A DNA stretch of 64,000 nt from a virus (lineage: Duplodnaviria > Heunggongvirae > Uroviricota > Caudoviricetes), in the IMG/VR virus record IMGVR_UViG_2529292828_000009, one strand, 5' to 3'. The notes below the pieces were generated by a model that was not told the DNA's origin, made no database searches, and worked only from the letters and a program-made list of their open reading frames with translations. The translations under genes were made by a program, and so were the position numbers. Shown here piece by piece: positions 11,976-22,180 of the stretch (position 1 is the stretch's first letter; each line of letters opens with the position of its first letter).

Positions 11976-12893
11976 TTACAGGTAGTCAGCGACAACCAGT
12001 TGCAGCTTGCCCTTCATCTCGTTGGAGACGGTGGTATTGCCATCCGCGAACAGCTCACGGTTAAGCAGTTGCTCTGCGGCTTTTTCCAGCCCGACCGGTA
12101 CAACGATATGCGTCGGCTTCAGGCCCAGCTTCTTACCGCCATCACCTTCAAAAGATCGCATCAGTTGCCAGCCCTTCCAGAGGTTATCCAGCGTCAGATC
12201 GCCTTTTACCGCGACAGCCATCTGCCAGAAGCCGTAACCGGCAGCACGGCGGGCGCTGGCACCAAACAGGAACTCGTTATCCATAAAAACGTGGTCGTCA
12301 TCGATACGGGTACGTGCGACCAGTTCCGGTTTGCGGCGCTCCTGGAAAATCAGCGGTTTGACTGCGCGGGAGCAGTCCAGCAGATAGAACGGCAGACCGC
12401 TGAAGCTGTCCTGCTCAACGATGTTGGAGGTATTAACCGCGCTGCCCGTGCCGTCCACATTCGGATATACCGGATGCTCCTTGTCGAAGAAGTTCTGACC
12501 GTCATAGCACGGCTGGGTAAAGCCATCTTTCAGAAGTTTAAAAATCAGCTCATCCGGCTGAACTGCCGCAGAACGGCCCATCTCCTGAAAAATCGGCGCA
12601 TAAATACCCAGATTGTCATCCTCGAAGTCATCACGGGAAATACCCACGGTGCCTTCAAACGTTTTATTGGCGATGGAGTAGCCATGCGCTTCCATTTGCT
12701 GAATGGTTCGCTTACCCACCCATTCTTTCAGGGTCGGGAATTTACCCAGCCAGCCATAGGTATTACTGCGGGTGGAAGAGTTCACCACCATTGCAATTTT
12801 GCTGTACTGCGACGGGGCGTCTTCAAGACCGCCCTGAAAATCCTTACGCCAGGAGGTCATCAGGGCTTTAATGGATGCCGGGGGGACAATCAT
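11976..12893 (-). CDS. T: Major head subunit (Mu T/gp34-like)
   Basis: 305 aa ORF downstream of protease/scaffold gene. Confidence 0.85.
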   Translation of the reverse strand: MIVPPASIKALMTSWRKDFQGGLEDAPSQYSKIAMVVNSSTRSNTYGWLGKFPTLKEWVGKRTIQQMEAHGYSIANKTFEGTVGISRDDFEDDNLGIYAPIFQEMGRSAAVQPDELIFKLLKDGFTQPCYDGQNFFDKEHPVYPNVDGTGSAVNTSNIVEQDSFSGLPFYLLDCSRAVKPLIFQERRKPELVARTRIDDDHVFMDNEFLFGASARRAAGYGFWQMAVAVKGDLTLDNLWKGWQLMRSFEGDGGKKLGLKPTHIVVPVGLEKAAEQLLNRELFADGNTTVSNEMKGKLQLVVADYL

Positions 12894-13975
12894 TTTTCTT
12901 GTTCCTGTTTCATTTTCAGATACTCAGCCTCTGTAATGCCGAGCGCCTTCACTGCTGCCTGTTCATCAGCAGACAGCACCGCCACCGCCGTTTTTTCCTG
13001 CGACGGGATTTTCGCTGTGGTGGTCTGCATGGCAGATAACGCAGCGATAGGCTGTTTTTTCTCAAGCTGTGCCGACAGTGCCGCCACGCCAATCTGACCG
13101 CCAAGCTGTTCCAGATAGGTACGTTCGCTTTTGAAAATGCGGCCTTCCTGTTCCGCCTTGTCCAGAACGGCGCTCAGGCTGGCTGTGGCGCTTTGTGCAG
13201 TCGCCTGTGCCAGTTCATCACGCAGGGCGTTGTAGCTTTCCACCGGGACGTATTTCGTCAGGTCAACGGCGGCTTTCTGTGCCTTTTCCAGTTCGGCAGA
13301 CAACGCCGCCACTTTTCCGGCATCTGTTTCGAGCGCATCAAGCGCACTCAGGGCCGCGCTGGCCTGTTCATCGGTGATGTCTGCATTTTCGGGGACCGTC
13401 ACCCCAAGACGCGCAAGCAGCTTGCGCAGCGTTTCATTCATGGGTTTGTTCTCCTGTTGAAGGATGTCGGGAAGGTCTGCCGCCAGTGCGGTCAGCTTTT
13501 TCATGCCGGTGGCACCGGGGTCATTGGTCAGCGCAGCAAGGCGGATTTGCAGCACCGCACCGGTGGCGGTGTCATACGGAAAAACCGCAGAGAGATAACC
13601 AAATTCGCCGTCATCGATGCGCTGCTGTGCCGCCGCCGTCCAGCGTGGGTGGATAAATAATCCTTCACCTTCACGCCACTGCATTTCATCGGCGTTAAAC
13701 CAGCCAGCCGCGACGAGTTGTTCCGGGGGTAATCCTTTGTCCTTACGTAGCTGGTTATGCTCGTAATCAATCAGCACGTCCTGGTTGAGCGCGCGAACGC
13801 CTTCAACCAGACGCCCGGCAATCTCACCGTCGATGAACCACCCCTGACCACCTGTCACATCAAACGGACGACCATCACGGGCGCTGAAATGACCGGCAGG
13901 CAATAGCTGGCACCAGCCGTCATCGTCAATGGACAGCGCACTCAGTGCGGCAATGCCAATCGCGTGTTTTTTCAT
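12890..13975 (-). CDS. I: Head maturation protease/scaffold (Mu I/gp32-like)
   Basis: 361 aa ORF with Ala/Glu/Leu-rich coiled-coil C-terminal half. Confidence 0.8.
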   Translation of the reverse strand: MKKHAIGIAALSALSIDDDGWCQLLPAGHFSARDGRPFDVTGGQGWFIDGEIAGRLVEGVRALNQDVLIDYEHNQLRKDKGLPPEQLVAAGWFNADEMQWREGEGLFIHPRWTAAAQQRIDDGEFGYLSAVFPYDTATGAVLQIRLAALTNDPGATGMKKLTALAADLPDILQQENKPMNETLRKLLARLGVTVPENADITDEQASAALSALDALETDAGKVAALSAELEKAQKAAVDLTKYVPVESYNALRDELAQATAQSATASLSAVLDKAEQEGRIFKSERTYLEQLGGQIGVAALSAQLEKKQPIAALSAMQTTTAKIPSQEKTAVAVLSADEQAAVKALGITEAEYLKMKQEQEK

Positions 13976-14171
13976 GTCCTGCTGCTCATCATGGTTTGTG
14001 AGCAGTCAGTTTGCGGGAGGTGCGGGAAAATCTGGGGTTATGCTATTTGAGTACTGGAGAAAGAAAGTGGAAGGAAGATAAAACGGGATTCATACACCGT
14101 TAAATACCGGTTTAAAAATCCCGTGGCGCGTTTTAAAAAATCTGTGCGGCTGATTTTATGTCTGATTCCGT
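13976..14171. promoter_or_regulatory. G-I intergenic region; candidate location of the Mu central strong gyrase site
   Basis: Unusually long non-coding gap in an otherwise tightly packed late operon, near the middle of the Mu genome; assignment from literature position only. Confidence 0.35.
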
Positions 14172-14642
14172 TTATTTCCTCAGAGCGGCGCTGACGCGTT
14201 TTCTGATGGCATCAAAAATTTCCTGTTCCCCGGTCTTATCCAGCCCCATATAAGGACGCGCAGGAACGCCTGCCGGGCGGGGTGCCATATCGGGTGTACC
14301 GCCCCACTGATGAATGGCAGCATAAATTTTTGGCGAACCAATCAGGGCATAATCCTGTCCATAATCAGTGGTAATGCTGCGTGCCAGATCGCCATGCAGG
14401 GTAAGGATACTGCCCGGAACAAAACCATGATCCTGACGCCATGCCTGCCACGAATCGCTCCACGCTTCCCAGCCTTTCCCTGTATCCGGGTCTGCCTGCC
14501 GTTCAAATGCCTGTTCCGTGGATGACAGCAGCGCCGCAGCCATCACACGGGGAATGACGCGGTCACGTGTGACGGTTCCCAGTTCATCCAGCGCAAGCTG
14601 AATACGTCGCACATCCACGGCAACGTTCATATCAAGACTCAC
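14172..14642 (-). CDS. G: Virion morphogenesis protein (Mu G/gp31-like)
   Basis: 156 aa ORF downstream of F. Confidence 0.75.
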   Translation of the reverse strand: MSLDMNVAVDVRRIQLALDELGTVTRDRVIPRVMAAALLSSTEQAFERQADPDTGKGWEAWSDSWQAWRQDHGFVPGSILTLHGDLARSITTDYGQDYALIGSPKIYAAIHQWGGTPDMAPRPAGVPARPYMGLDKTGEQEIFDAIRKRVSAALRK

Positions 14643-15994
14643 TTATTCACCTCCACATGCCCCTCCAGTATGTCAATCATCCCGTCAGCAATCGCGGCTT
14701 CAAGCGACTGTGCAGATACGCGGCTGATACTGACCAGCACATCCGCCCGGTCATTCTGTTTGCTGACAGCCTGCGATGTTCTGACCACAACTTTTGCCGT
14801 GCCGTCGCGGGTTGCCACAACATACAGCAACTGGTGGTTCTCCCTGTCCCACAATACCGCCTGTGGTTTTGCCATCAGCGACGGCAGACGCTGTAAATCC
14901 TCCGGTTTCAGGGCGGCATCAGCAGTGGTCGCCAGACTTTTCCCGTTCATCACAAGCAGACGGGCTGGCATATTCCCGGTGCGCTGATATACGGCCTCCG
15001 CCACGGATCCCGTCATAAAACCCAGCGCACGGACCTCATGTCCGGCCCGGCGTGATTTCGCCAGACGTTTAAGCCAGAGGGAAAAAGCAAGCTGACGCTC
15101 CCGGCTGTTATTCAGCGTCTGAACAACCTGCTCACGCAGCTGCGCGTCACGAACTTCCACCAGTTTTCGAATCAGTGCCTGATCCGTACCAAATGCCGCC
15201 GAACCGGGGTTATATGACCAGCCCACATCTGGCGTCATTTTTACCCGACCGTTGTCAAACGTGGTTGACGATGTGCGGAAAATCTCTCCGGTGCTTTCAT
15301 CCGTACCGGCATCCACTTCGCGGGTATTCATGAATGACGCACCATAACTGATCTGTAGCCCCAGTTCTTTCATGCGGGCCGCAGACACCGCCCGGACGCG
15401 ACAGCGGCAGTTCCAGCCATTGGGCGGGGAATGCGTCTGCCAGAAAATGTCATCATACCGGAAAACCATATTGTGCAGCCGCGCATGTTCCGGGCGTGTT
15501 CTGCCATCCATAACGGCAACGTACTGCCAGTACGGGTACAAATCGGCGGTATTCATCATCTGCGCATAACGTCCTGCCCCATACGCCGTACGGGTATTGA
15601 CGTTATAAATGGTTGCCAGACGACGCGGACTGCCCAGCTCGATTACCTTTGCGTTTCCGTCTGCATCCACGATGATTTGTTTTCCCCACCATCCGAGTTT
15701 TTGCAGCCGGGGGGCCAGTGTGCGGGTAAATTCCTCACGGGTGATGCCTTCACTGACAGCCCGCTCCACTTCCTCACGGATTGTGGTCAGGACATCCATC
15801 CGGGTGGCTTTGGCAACGGTAAAGGCGCGGGCGTGCGCGTCTGCCAGTTGTTCGTACCAGTTCCAGGTGATGTTGTAGCCTTTGGCGCGGAAATACGCGA
15901 CAGCCTCCTTTGGCGGGAGGCGTGCGGCATACGCCAGATCAATGGTCTGCTGCGGCATCCAGACGCCCCCATATATCGGCAACAAAAATGGCAC
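14639..15994 (-). CDS. F: Head morphogenesis protein (Mu F/gp30-like)
   Basis: 451 aa ORF downstream of portal; true start probably internal. Confidence 0.8.
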   Translation of the reverse strand: MPFLLPIYGGVWMPQQTIDLAYAARLPPKEAVAYFRAKGYNITWNWYEQLADAHARAFTVAKATRMDVLTTIREEVERAVSEGITREEFTRTLAPRLQKLGWWGKQIIVDADGNAKVIELGSPRRLATIYNVNTRTAYGAGRYAQMMNTADLYPYWQYVAVMDGRTRPEHARLHNMVFRYDDIFWQTHSPPNGWNCRCRVRAVSAARMKELGLQISYGASFMNTREVDAGTDESTGEIFRTSSTTFDNGRVKMTPDVGWSYNPGSAAFGTDQALIRKLVEVRDAQLREQVVQTLNNSRERQLAFSLWLKRLAKSRRAGHEVRALGFMTGSVAEAVYQRTGNMPARLLVMNGKSLATTADAALKPEDLQRLPSLMAKPQAVLWDRENHQLLYVVATRDGTAKVVVRTSQAVSKQNDRADVLVSISRVSAQSLEAAIADGMIDILEGHVEVNK

Positions 15995-17477
15995 GGGTCA
16001 GCATGTCGATAAGTTCTGCATCATCCATCTGCGGATATAATGAAGCGGCTTTGTTCATGGCGGCTTCCGGGCCATCTTTCAGCACAGAAAAAATGACGGG
16101 TTTCAGCAGGGGATCAACCGAACGCTGCCAGTCTTCCGGTGAAACGCCCATCCGGTCGATATCATCCTCCTGCGGGATATCATCAGCGGATAATGCGGCT
16201 TCTTTCTGCGGACCGTTATCCATGACGACCGGTTGAGCAGTAAACACGGCTTCATCACCGACCGGCTGTGGAATATGGAGTTTTTCCTGTATCCATGAGA
16301 CCGGAATACGCATTCCCGCCGCCAGTTTCGGAATGGCGTCAGACAGTGCCGTAATATCACCCGCTTCACTGGTATCAAATACAATGCCCGGCAGGCGGTT
16401 AATATCAATGGTGCTGCCACTGTTCAGTGCCAGCAGGGGATAAATCAGATCACGGTTAATACTGCGGGCAAGCTGGCCCACATCCGCGTTACGGATTTCC
16501 CGGCGAACCTCATCATGCACTTCACCCAGCGACCGCGCGCCTTTATCGCCAGCCTCTGTGGTCAGGGTGCCGCCCAGAATAGCTTTTGAAATCGCTTTTT
16601 CTGCCCAGCCAATCATCGCCATAAAAGGGTCTGACTGACCATCTGCGGCGCTCTGAAAATCCAGCGTCATCCCCATCGGAATAATGCCACCGGCACGTCG
16701 CCCGATATCCATCACGGCCTGCATCAGCGTGGCTTTCTCGCGGTTCGTTGAGCCGGTCGGATATTTACCGACGCGCATGGGGAGTCCGTAAATTTCCAGG
16801 AACTCTGCAAAATCACGCACGGAATAGTTTTTAAAAATAAAAGGCCAGATAAGCGTGCGCACAAGACCATTGGTGCCGACATACCCGGTGCGGGATTTGG
16901 CCCGGTGCATAAACCAGCCGAACGGTTGCAGCTCCAGCCCGTGATAAGACGCATCACGCAGGCGTAATTCGTTCAGATTGTCGGGGTTCGCGCAGAACAG
17001 CGCCGGATCGCGATGATGCAGCGCCACCGGCACGCGCATTTTCCCAAGCCACCCCCATTCAATCTCCTGCATGGAATAGCCCTTGAGAATGGCATCACCG
17101 GCATCAAACAGGGCATCTTCAAACCACGCCGCATCATGCAGATATTCATTCAGTATGTCAGCGTCTTTTTTCTCCTGTGTGCTGGCATCACGTGCCGGAG
17201 CGATGCGCCATTCCAGCGCCTGAATGGCAAGGCGGCGTTTGCTCAGTTCGGAAAAAAGGTGGGTGTCCTTTTCTTCCATATCAAAGGCCAGGTCAGCCTG
17301 TGCTGTCAGATCACCGCGTTCGGCATCACGCAGCATCTGCGCGGCCCGGTTCGGCGTCACACCACTGGAAGGATGCTCCTGCGTACGCTTCATGACCATT
17401 GCCAGCTCATCGCTGCGGGTCTGCATTTCATCGTCAAAATCAAACGGCTGCCCGGAAATATCCAGAATACGGCCCAT
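15939..17477 (-). CDS. Portal protein (Mu gp29/H-like)
   Basis: 512 aa ORF immediately downstream of large terminase. Confidence 0.85.
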   Translation of the reverse strand: MGRILDISGQPFDFDDEMQTRSDELAMVMKRTQEHPSSGVTPNRAAQMLRDAERGDLTAQADLAFDMEEKDTHLFSELSKRRLAIQALEWRIAPARDASTQEKKDADILNEYLHDAAWFEDALFDAGDAILKGYSMQEIEWGWLGKMRVPVALHHRDPALFCANPDNLNELRLRDASYHGLELQPFGWFMHRAKSRTGYVGTNGLVRTLIWPFIFKNYSVRDFAEFLEIYGLPMRVGKYPTGSTNREKATLMQAVMDIGRRAGGIIPMGMTLDFQSAADGQSDPFMAMIGWAEKAISKAILGGTLTTEAGDKGARSLGEVHDEVRREIRNADVGQLARSINRDLIYPLLALNSGSTIDINRLPGIVFDTSEAGDITALSDAIPKLAAGMRIPVSWIQEKLHIPQPVGDEAVFTAQPVVMDNGPQKEAALSADDIPQEDDIDRMGVSPEDWQRSVDPLLKPVIFSVLKDGPEAAMNKAASLYPQMDDAELIDMLTRAIFVADIWGRLDAAADH

Positions 17478-19219
17478 TACCAGCCCCCTCGTTCAAACTG
17501 GTGATAATCATCAAAATCATCGTTATCAACACCATCACCACGGTGGCGTGGTGGCAGCGCCTGTATGCTGTCCTCGTCGATAACAAAACCATTCATATAA
17601 GACGCCCTGACAGCCATACAGAGCGCCACGGCAAAGTCGCCATGTCGTCGGCCTTTACCGCCTTCGTCTTTTGTGCGCCCCTTATCAATCTGCGGAATAC
17701 CTTTGTCCACCTTGATGTGGAGCAGGTCATCAAGTGTGGTCTGGTGCCGGGCAATCGTGATGTTCTGCGCTTCAAACTCGCCTTTCAGTTTGGGCATCCA
17801 CTCCTGATACCAGGATGCGGTCAGATTCACACAGTCGATCATCTCCGGGCCATAAATCAGACGGGCGGCTTCTGCCAGATAACCGCCGTTACCGGTGGCA
17901 TCAAATGCAGCGCCGGTAAAACGGGGCAAACGGGACAGAATGAATAAAAGGATTTGTCGCTGCTGGTCATAGGTCACATTACGCAGCTCCACGCGGAAAC
18001 ATTCGCGTTTGCGTAAGTCAGGCGTGATGGCAAGCGGCACAAACACCGTCAGGTCGCCACGGCGTGCAAAGTCTTCGCCCAGTACGTGTTTATTGAGCGG
18101 CGACAGCGCATCGAGCAACGGGAGCAGCTCCTGTTCACACCAGTCCTGAACGATGCCGTGGCGCATTTGTGGTGTCAGCGATTCAAAATCGTCCGGGGCT
18201 TCAAAACGCAGAATCGGGATATCCCGCGCTGGCGTCATGGCGGCTTCAATCAACACGCGTGACAGATAAGCGCCCCCGGATTTTTTGGGAATGCAGCCGT
18301 ATTCCTCGTCGGCACTCTCTTTATTCGGCGCATTCCGGTACAGGCCATCACGCCAGGCTTTTTCCGCTTCCGGCGACCACGGCTGATTCGTGACGTAACA
18401 GATACGTCGGTATAACCCGTCAGCGATGGCATCATCCAGCGTGATGCGGTGAACGCTGTAATCCTTGCGCCCCTCGCGCGCATCCTGAATGTACTGATTA
18501 AACAGATTATCGACGCCGTTATGTGTCGATATGATGCGCACGCTGGCACCCCACATGTTTAGTGCAAAGGCCGCTTTCAGCAGTTCGTCCAGGGCTTCAT
18601 GGAATGCCGCCTCATCAATCACCACGTCCCCCTGCAATCCACGCAGGTTAGACGGGCGGCTTGACAGAGCCTGTATCTTAAATCCGCTGTTCGGAAAGCG
18701 GATCATGTAGGTGAGGATTTCTTCTTTTTTGTCGCTGTCCCAGAAGGTCTGCTCCCAGACGTCAGCCTTTGCCAGTTGGTTAAAGGCACGGGCAAACAGG
18801 GCACAGGCGGCGATGTATTCCAGCGCCATTTCCTGACGGGAACCCACATAAAAGACGTTGCGACCACCGCGACGCTTCGGCTTTGCGGCCGTCATGACAT
18901 TGCGGCCCGCTTCAGCCCATGTCAGACCGGTACGACGGGATTTTTCAGCGATGCAAATCTGGCTTTCATCCTCAAACCAGCGCCGCTGATAGCCCAGAAA
19001 AACCGGTTCATTGCGGGGCTGTGCTTCCCCGATATCGGTCACGATATTCACGCCGAGCAGTCCGGCTTCCTCACGCAGGTTGATTTTGCGGGGGGCATGA
19101 AGGGCTTTAAGGTTGTTTTCTCTGGTGTTCATAACCCTCTCATGCCTTACCCAGCAGTACATCACGGATACGCTGCTCCAGCTCTTCGCTGATGCCATCC
19201 TGCCCGCGCAGTTCTTCAC
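17477..19219 (-). CDS. Terminase large subunit (Mu gp28-like); true start probably at internal Met30
   Basis: 580 aa ORF preceding portal; N-terminus overlaps small terminase gene in another frame. Confidence 0.85.
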   Translation of the reverse strand: MKNCAGRMASAKSWSSVSVMYCWVRHERVMNTRENNLKALHAPRKINLREEAGLLGVNIVTDIGEAQPRNEPVFLGYQRRWFEDESQICIAEKSRRTGLTWAEAGRNVMTAAKPKRRGGRNVFYVGSRQEMALEYIAACALFARAFNQLAKADVWEQTFWDSDKKEEILTYMIRFPNSGFKIQALSSRPSNLRGLQGDVVIDEAAFHEALDELLKAAFALNMWGASVRIISTHNGVDNLFNQYIQDAREGRKDYSVHRITLDDAIADGLYRRICYVTNQPWSPEAEKAWRDGLYRNAPNKESADEEYGCIPKKSGGAYLSRVLIEAAMTPARDIPILRFEAPDDFESLTPQMRHGIVQDWCEQELLPLLDALSPLNKHVLGEDFARRGDLTVFVPLAITPDLRKRECFRVELRNVTYDQQRQILLFILSRLPRFTGAAFDATGNGGYLAEAARLIYGPEMIDCVNLTASWYQEWMPKLKGEFEAQNITIARHQTTLDDLLHIKVDKGIPQIDKGRTKDEGGKGRRHGDFAVALCMAVRASYMNGFVIDEDSIQALPPRHRGDGVDNDDFDDYHQFERGGW

Positions 19220-19730
19220 TCACGGCGTTTGCCGCTTCTTCTGCGAATGCCTGGCGGATTTCTTTCTCGCGCCGGTGGCTGGACATTGCCGTGGATTCCA
19301 GACGCTGTGCCGCCAGCATGGCATTTTTCAGCAGGTCAATATCCACGTCAGATTCCGGGGTTTCGATTTGCCGCATCATGGCCTTAAAAAGCTGGCTGCG
19401 GGCCATTTCCAGAATCAGCTTTGTGGTTTCTCCCATTGGCTTGTCGCCAAGTTCTGCGGTCAGTGCTGACGTCATTTCACGCATCTGTCGCAGGTTATGG
19501 CCTACCTGCTCGACGTTCGTCGCGTAACGGTTCAGACCGGAACGGGAGAGTTTCATCTCATCCGGCAGGCCAGCGTCTTCAATCAGTACGTTAATTTCTT
19601 CCAGAATGCGGGCCTGTGGGATCGCTTTATCACGCAGCATTTCATGCAGCGTTTTACGTACGTTTTCCGGCAGTAAATCCACTTTTGAAGCCCGGCCCCG
19701 TGTTTTCCTGTCCATCACGCCTCCTGTCAT
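19140..19730 (-). CDS. Terminase small subunit (Mu gp27-like)
   Basis: 196 aa ORF directly upstream of large terminase. Confidence 0.7.
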   Translation of the reverse strand: MTGGVMDRKTRGRASKVDLLPENVRKTLHEMLRDKAIPQARILEEINVLIEDAGLPDEMKLSRSGLNRYATNVEQVGHNLRQMREMTSALTAELGDKPMGETTKLILEMARSQLFKAMMRQIETPESDVDIDLLKNAMLAAQRLESTAMSSHRREKEIRQAFAEEAANAVSEELRGQDGISEELEQRIRDVLLGKA

Positions 19731-20017
19731 GCACGGGGACGAGGACGCTTGACACCGGCAACGCGGGCACGACCTTCTGCCACATCCTGACCTCGGGAGG
19801 TCAGCGTTACGACATAAAAGCCGCGCAGGTTTTCCACGGTGACCAGTTGCTGCTCTGCCAGCCAGTCAATCTGGCCGCGAACCACATCGCGGGAAACGTT
19901 GTGTCCGTATGCATCCAGACAGTCCTGAAGGATGGATTCGTTTGCTTCGTTATTGCAGTCCATCAGGGAACGCAGGATGACCAGACGACGGTCTTCGGTC
20001 AGAATATCGTTAATCAT
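19727..20017 (-). CDS. Mu gp26-like hypothetical protein
   Basis: 96 aa ORF with 4-nt overlaps to neighbours. Confidence 0.45.
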   Translation of the reverse strand: MINDILTEDRRLVILRSLMDCNNEANESILQDCLDAYGHNVSRDVVRGQIDWLAEQQLVTVENLRGFYVVTLTSRGQDVAEGRARVAGVKRPRPRA

Positions 20018-20331
20018 GAATTACTCCGGTTTACTGCGTTTTCAAGCAGCAGCTCCAGTTGATGGGAAAATGACTGCACCCGCTGGGACAGCACCCGGAT
20101 ATCGCCGGACAGCTCTGCAATTCGCAGGCGCATTTCGTGTACATCTTCTGTGCCAGGGATGCTGGCGTAGCGGGTTTCCATTTCGGTCATCCGGTTTTCA
20201 AGACGCTCCACACGCTCAGTGCTGGCAAAACTACGACGCATTGCCCAGACGGCCCCACCGGCCACAACAGGCAACAGGTAAGGCCATAACGCTAAAACTG
20301 AAATCAAATCCATTATTCTGCTCCACGGCAC
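20014..20331 (-). CDS. Mu gp25-like small membrane protein (possible lysis-associated)
   Basis: 105 aa ORF, N-terminal hydrophobic segment then coiled-coil-like region. Confidence 0.45.
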   Translation of the reverse strand: MPWSRIMDLISVLALWPYLLPVVAGGAVWAMRRSFASTERVERLENRMTEMETRYASIPGTEDVHEMRLRIAELSGDIRVLSQRVQSFSHQLELLLENAVNRSNS

Positions 20332-20507
20332 CAGTGGCAGTAGTTCGCCATCGGCTGCTGTCTCAGCACATCAGGCCGCAGCTCACGACCGCAACCGGCA
20401 CACAATACAGGCGGGTCATACGCCGCCGGGCGGGGAATATCACGGGTATCCCCCTGCCAGAGTTCAGCGAGCAGCAGCGCCACCGCCCGGTTCTGGTCTT
20501 CGTTCAT
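20313..20507 (-). CDS. Small Cys-rich (zinc-ribbon-like) protein
   Basis: 64 aa ORF with CxxC...CxxC pattern. Confidence 0.4.
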   Translation of the reverse strand: MNEDQNRAVALLLAELWQGDTRDIPRPAAYDPPVLCAGCGRELRPDVLRQQPMANYCHWCRGAE

Positions 20508-20805
20508 AAATTTCTTTCCTTCGGGTCTCCTGTTCCCGGACTGATGCCTTGTCGCGGTTGCACTGCCCGAGCGCCATCAACAGGTCAGCATTCCAGAGAA
20601 GGGATGCTCCCCACGTCAGGGGCTGTGGCATGGGCGGAACGGGCGTTGCTTCCGTCAGTTCTGCATCAGTTTCGGGCAGGATCACCACCGATGGCACGGG
20701 TGCGTTTTTCGAGTTCCCGCAACCTGTCAGCAGCAACGGCAGGCACAGGACGAGTGCTGCAATTGTCACCGGTAATGGCGGGTGTAATTTTTTGTTTTGC
20801 ATCAT
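20464..20805 (-). CDS. Putative o-spanin lipoprotein (start at internal Met of ORF 20464..21012)
   Basis: Lipoprotein signal with lipobox LLTGC, Pro-rich body; overlaps i-spanin gene in a different frame. Confidence 0.5.
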   Translation of the reverse strand: MMQNKKLHPPLPVTIAALVLCLPLLLTGCGNSKNAPVPSVVILPETDAELTEATPVPPMPQPLTWGASLLWNADLLMALGQCNRDKASVREQETRRKEIYERRPEPGGGAAAR

Positions 20806-21052
20806 GATGTTCTGTCTCATCTGCCAGCCGCGCGGCACGATTTGCGGCACGGATAGCGGAAAATACCTGCATCGTCTGTTCCTGACCGTGTAACAACCAT
20901 TCAGCCGTGTTGCGGGCCTGTTGCTCCGTCTGTAATTCACGGCGCAGCGTCTGGTTATCGTGGCGGGTGCTGTCCAGCCTGTGCCACAACACCCCGGACA
21001 GAACGGCGGCAAACACGGCTGCCAGCAGTAAACTTTTACTGGCGAAGGTCAT
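20666..21052 (-). CDS. Putative i-spanin (Rz-like)
   Basis: 128 aa, N-terminal TM helix then coiled-coil-like region, directly downstream of endolysin. Confidence 0.55.
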   Translation of the reverse strand: MTFASKSLLLAAVFAAVLSGVLWHRLDSTRHDNQTLRRELQTEQQARNTAEWLLHGQEQTMQVFSAIRAANRAARLADETEHHDAKQKITPAITGDNCSTRPVPAVAADRLRELEKRTRAIGGDPARN

Positions 21053-21554
21053 CCGCCCCCCTGATATTCCAGATAGCCATTTCCACTTCGCGACGGTTCA
21101 TCAGTCCTTTCCATTTATGGCCTGCGGCAAACACCCAGCGGGCCATCTGGTCACGCGCTCCGGCGTAATCACCGGCATTGAGTTTTTTCAGCAGCGTTGA
21201 TTTACTGAATGCGGTAACACCGGTGTTGAAAATAAACGTTGCCAGCGCCGTTTTCTGATATGGCGTCAGCGGCACCCTGACAAGACGATCGATTGCCGCA
21301 TAAACCGGTTTTAAATCACTGTCGAGGAGAGCCATACACTCCGCATGGCTGTAACGGCGCATTTCGATATCCGGCCCGGTATGCCCCACACAGACCGAAA
21401 GCACACCGCCAATATCGCGGTAAGGCATATAAGCGATATTTTCCAGGTGGATCAGAGACTGACGGGTCATTTCCTGATAACCACCCACACCGCCACCGGC
21501 AATCGTTACAGCCAGCAGTGTGGCTTTCAGTTTTTTTGGTATCCCCGCCATCAT
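21036..21554 (-). CDS. lys: SAR-type endolysin (T4-lysozyme-like)
   Basis: N-terminal weakly hydrophobic Gly/Ala-rich anchor followed by E...D...T catalytic triad pattern; Mu lys position. Confidence 0.8.
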   Translation of the reverse strand: MMAGIPKKLKATLLAVTIAGGGVGGYQEMTRQSLIHLENIAYMPYRDIGGVLSVCVGHTGPDIEMRRYSHAECMALLDSDLKPVYAAIDRLVRVPLTPYQKTALATFIFNTGVTAFSKSTLLKKLNAGDYAGARDQMARWVFAAGHKWKGLMNRREVEMAIWNIRGADDLRQ

Positions 21555-21645
21555 GCTTCCCTGAAAAAATGCTCTGATGGCAGTCTAAAAAATCAGGTGG
21601 CAGGTGCGGGATTATGGTGACAGGAAATAACCGGCAGGATGCCGG

Positions 21646-22068
21646 TTATTTTGGGCTTTCAGGTGAGAACAGATCAGGCTGATGACGTCGTGTATGCAGC
21701 TTTCTCTGGCGGGCAATAATCTGGTAGATCTGCGGCTGGGACAGGCGGGACTGGCGACGCAGTTCTTCCATGTTACGACCATTAAACTGGCAGTAAAGCA
21801 AATCGTCGCGTAACGCGGTCAGGATCGTATCGCCGCAGGGGATGTAAAACTGCCGTCCACCCAGAAAACAGGACAGGGCAACGGCCTGTTTACGGGCAAG
21901 TTCACGGGGATTGCTGACGTTCTGGCGTTTCAGTTCGTTTTCCAGAACATCAATCAGATCAACCACCGAACGGGGCCAGCGTGATTCCAGTTCCGGGGCC
22001 GGGATGTTATCAATATGTCCGATTAACTGGCGAATTGCCGGATCGTGTTCAAATAAATCATGCTGCAT
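21646..22068 (-). CDS. C: Late transcription activator (Mu C, Mor/C family)
   Basis: 140 aa ORF paralogous to the Mor-like ORF at 23047..23436; lies just upstream of the lysis/late genes. Confidence 0.75.
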   Translation of the reverse strand: MQHDLFEHDPAIRQLIGHIDNIPAPELESRWPRSVVDLIDVLENELKRQNVSNPRELARKQAVALSCFLGGRQFYIPCGDTILTALRDDLLYCQFNGRNMEELRRQSRLSQPQIYQIIARQRKLHTRRHQPDLFSPESPK

Positions 22069-22180
22069 ATTTTCCCCCGGTTAACAGACAGAAAGATACA
22101 CCACGGCACTGATGGTTATCAGAACCACAAGGGCAATCACTTTTATCGCACTCATCAGCGTGGACGGCCCGAAACATTCA

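Noticed and set aside
12000-13097. 365 aa plus-strand ORF
   Set aside because: Fully antisense to the major head and protease/scaffold genes of the Mu late operon; no motif; spurious.
17593-17775. Short plus/minus ORFs nested in terminase, portal and transposase genes
   Set aside because: Embedded in well-supported long CDSs on the same or opposite strand; no independent support.
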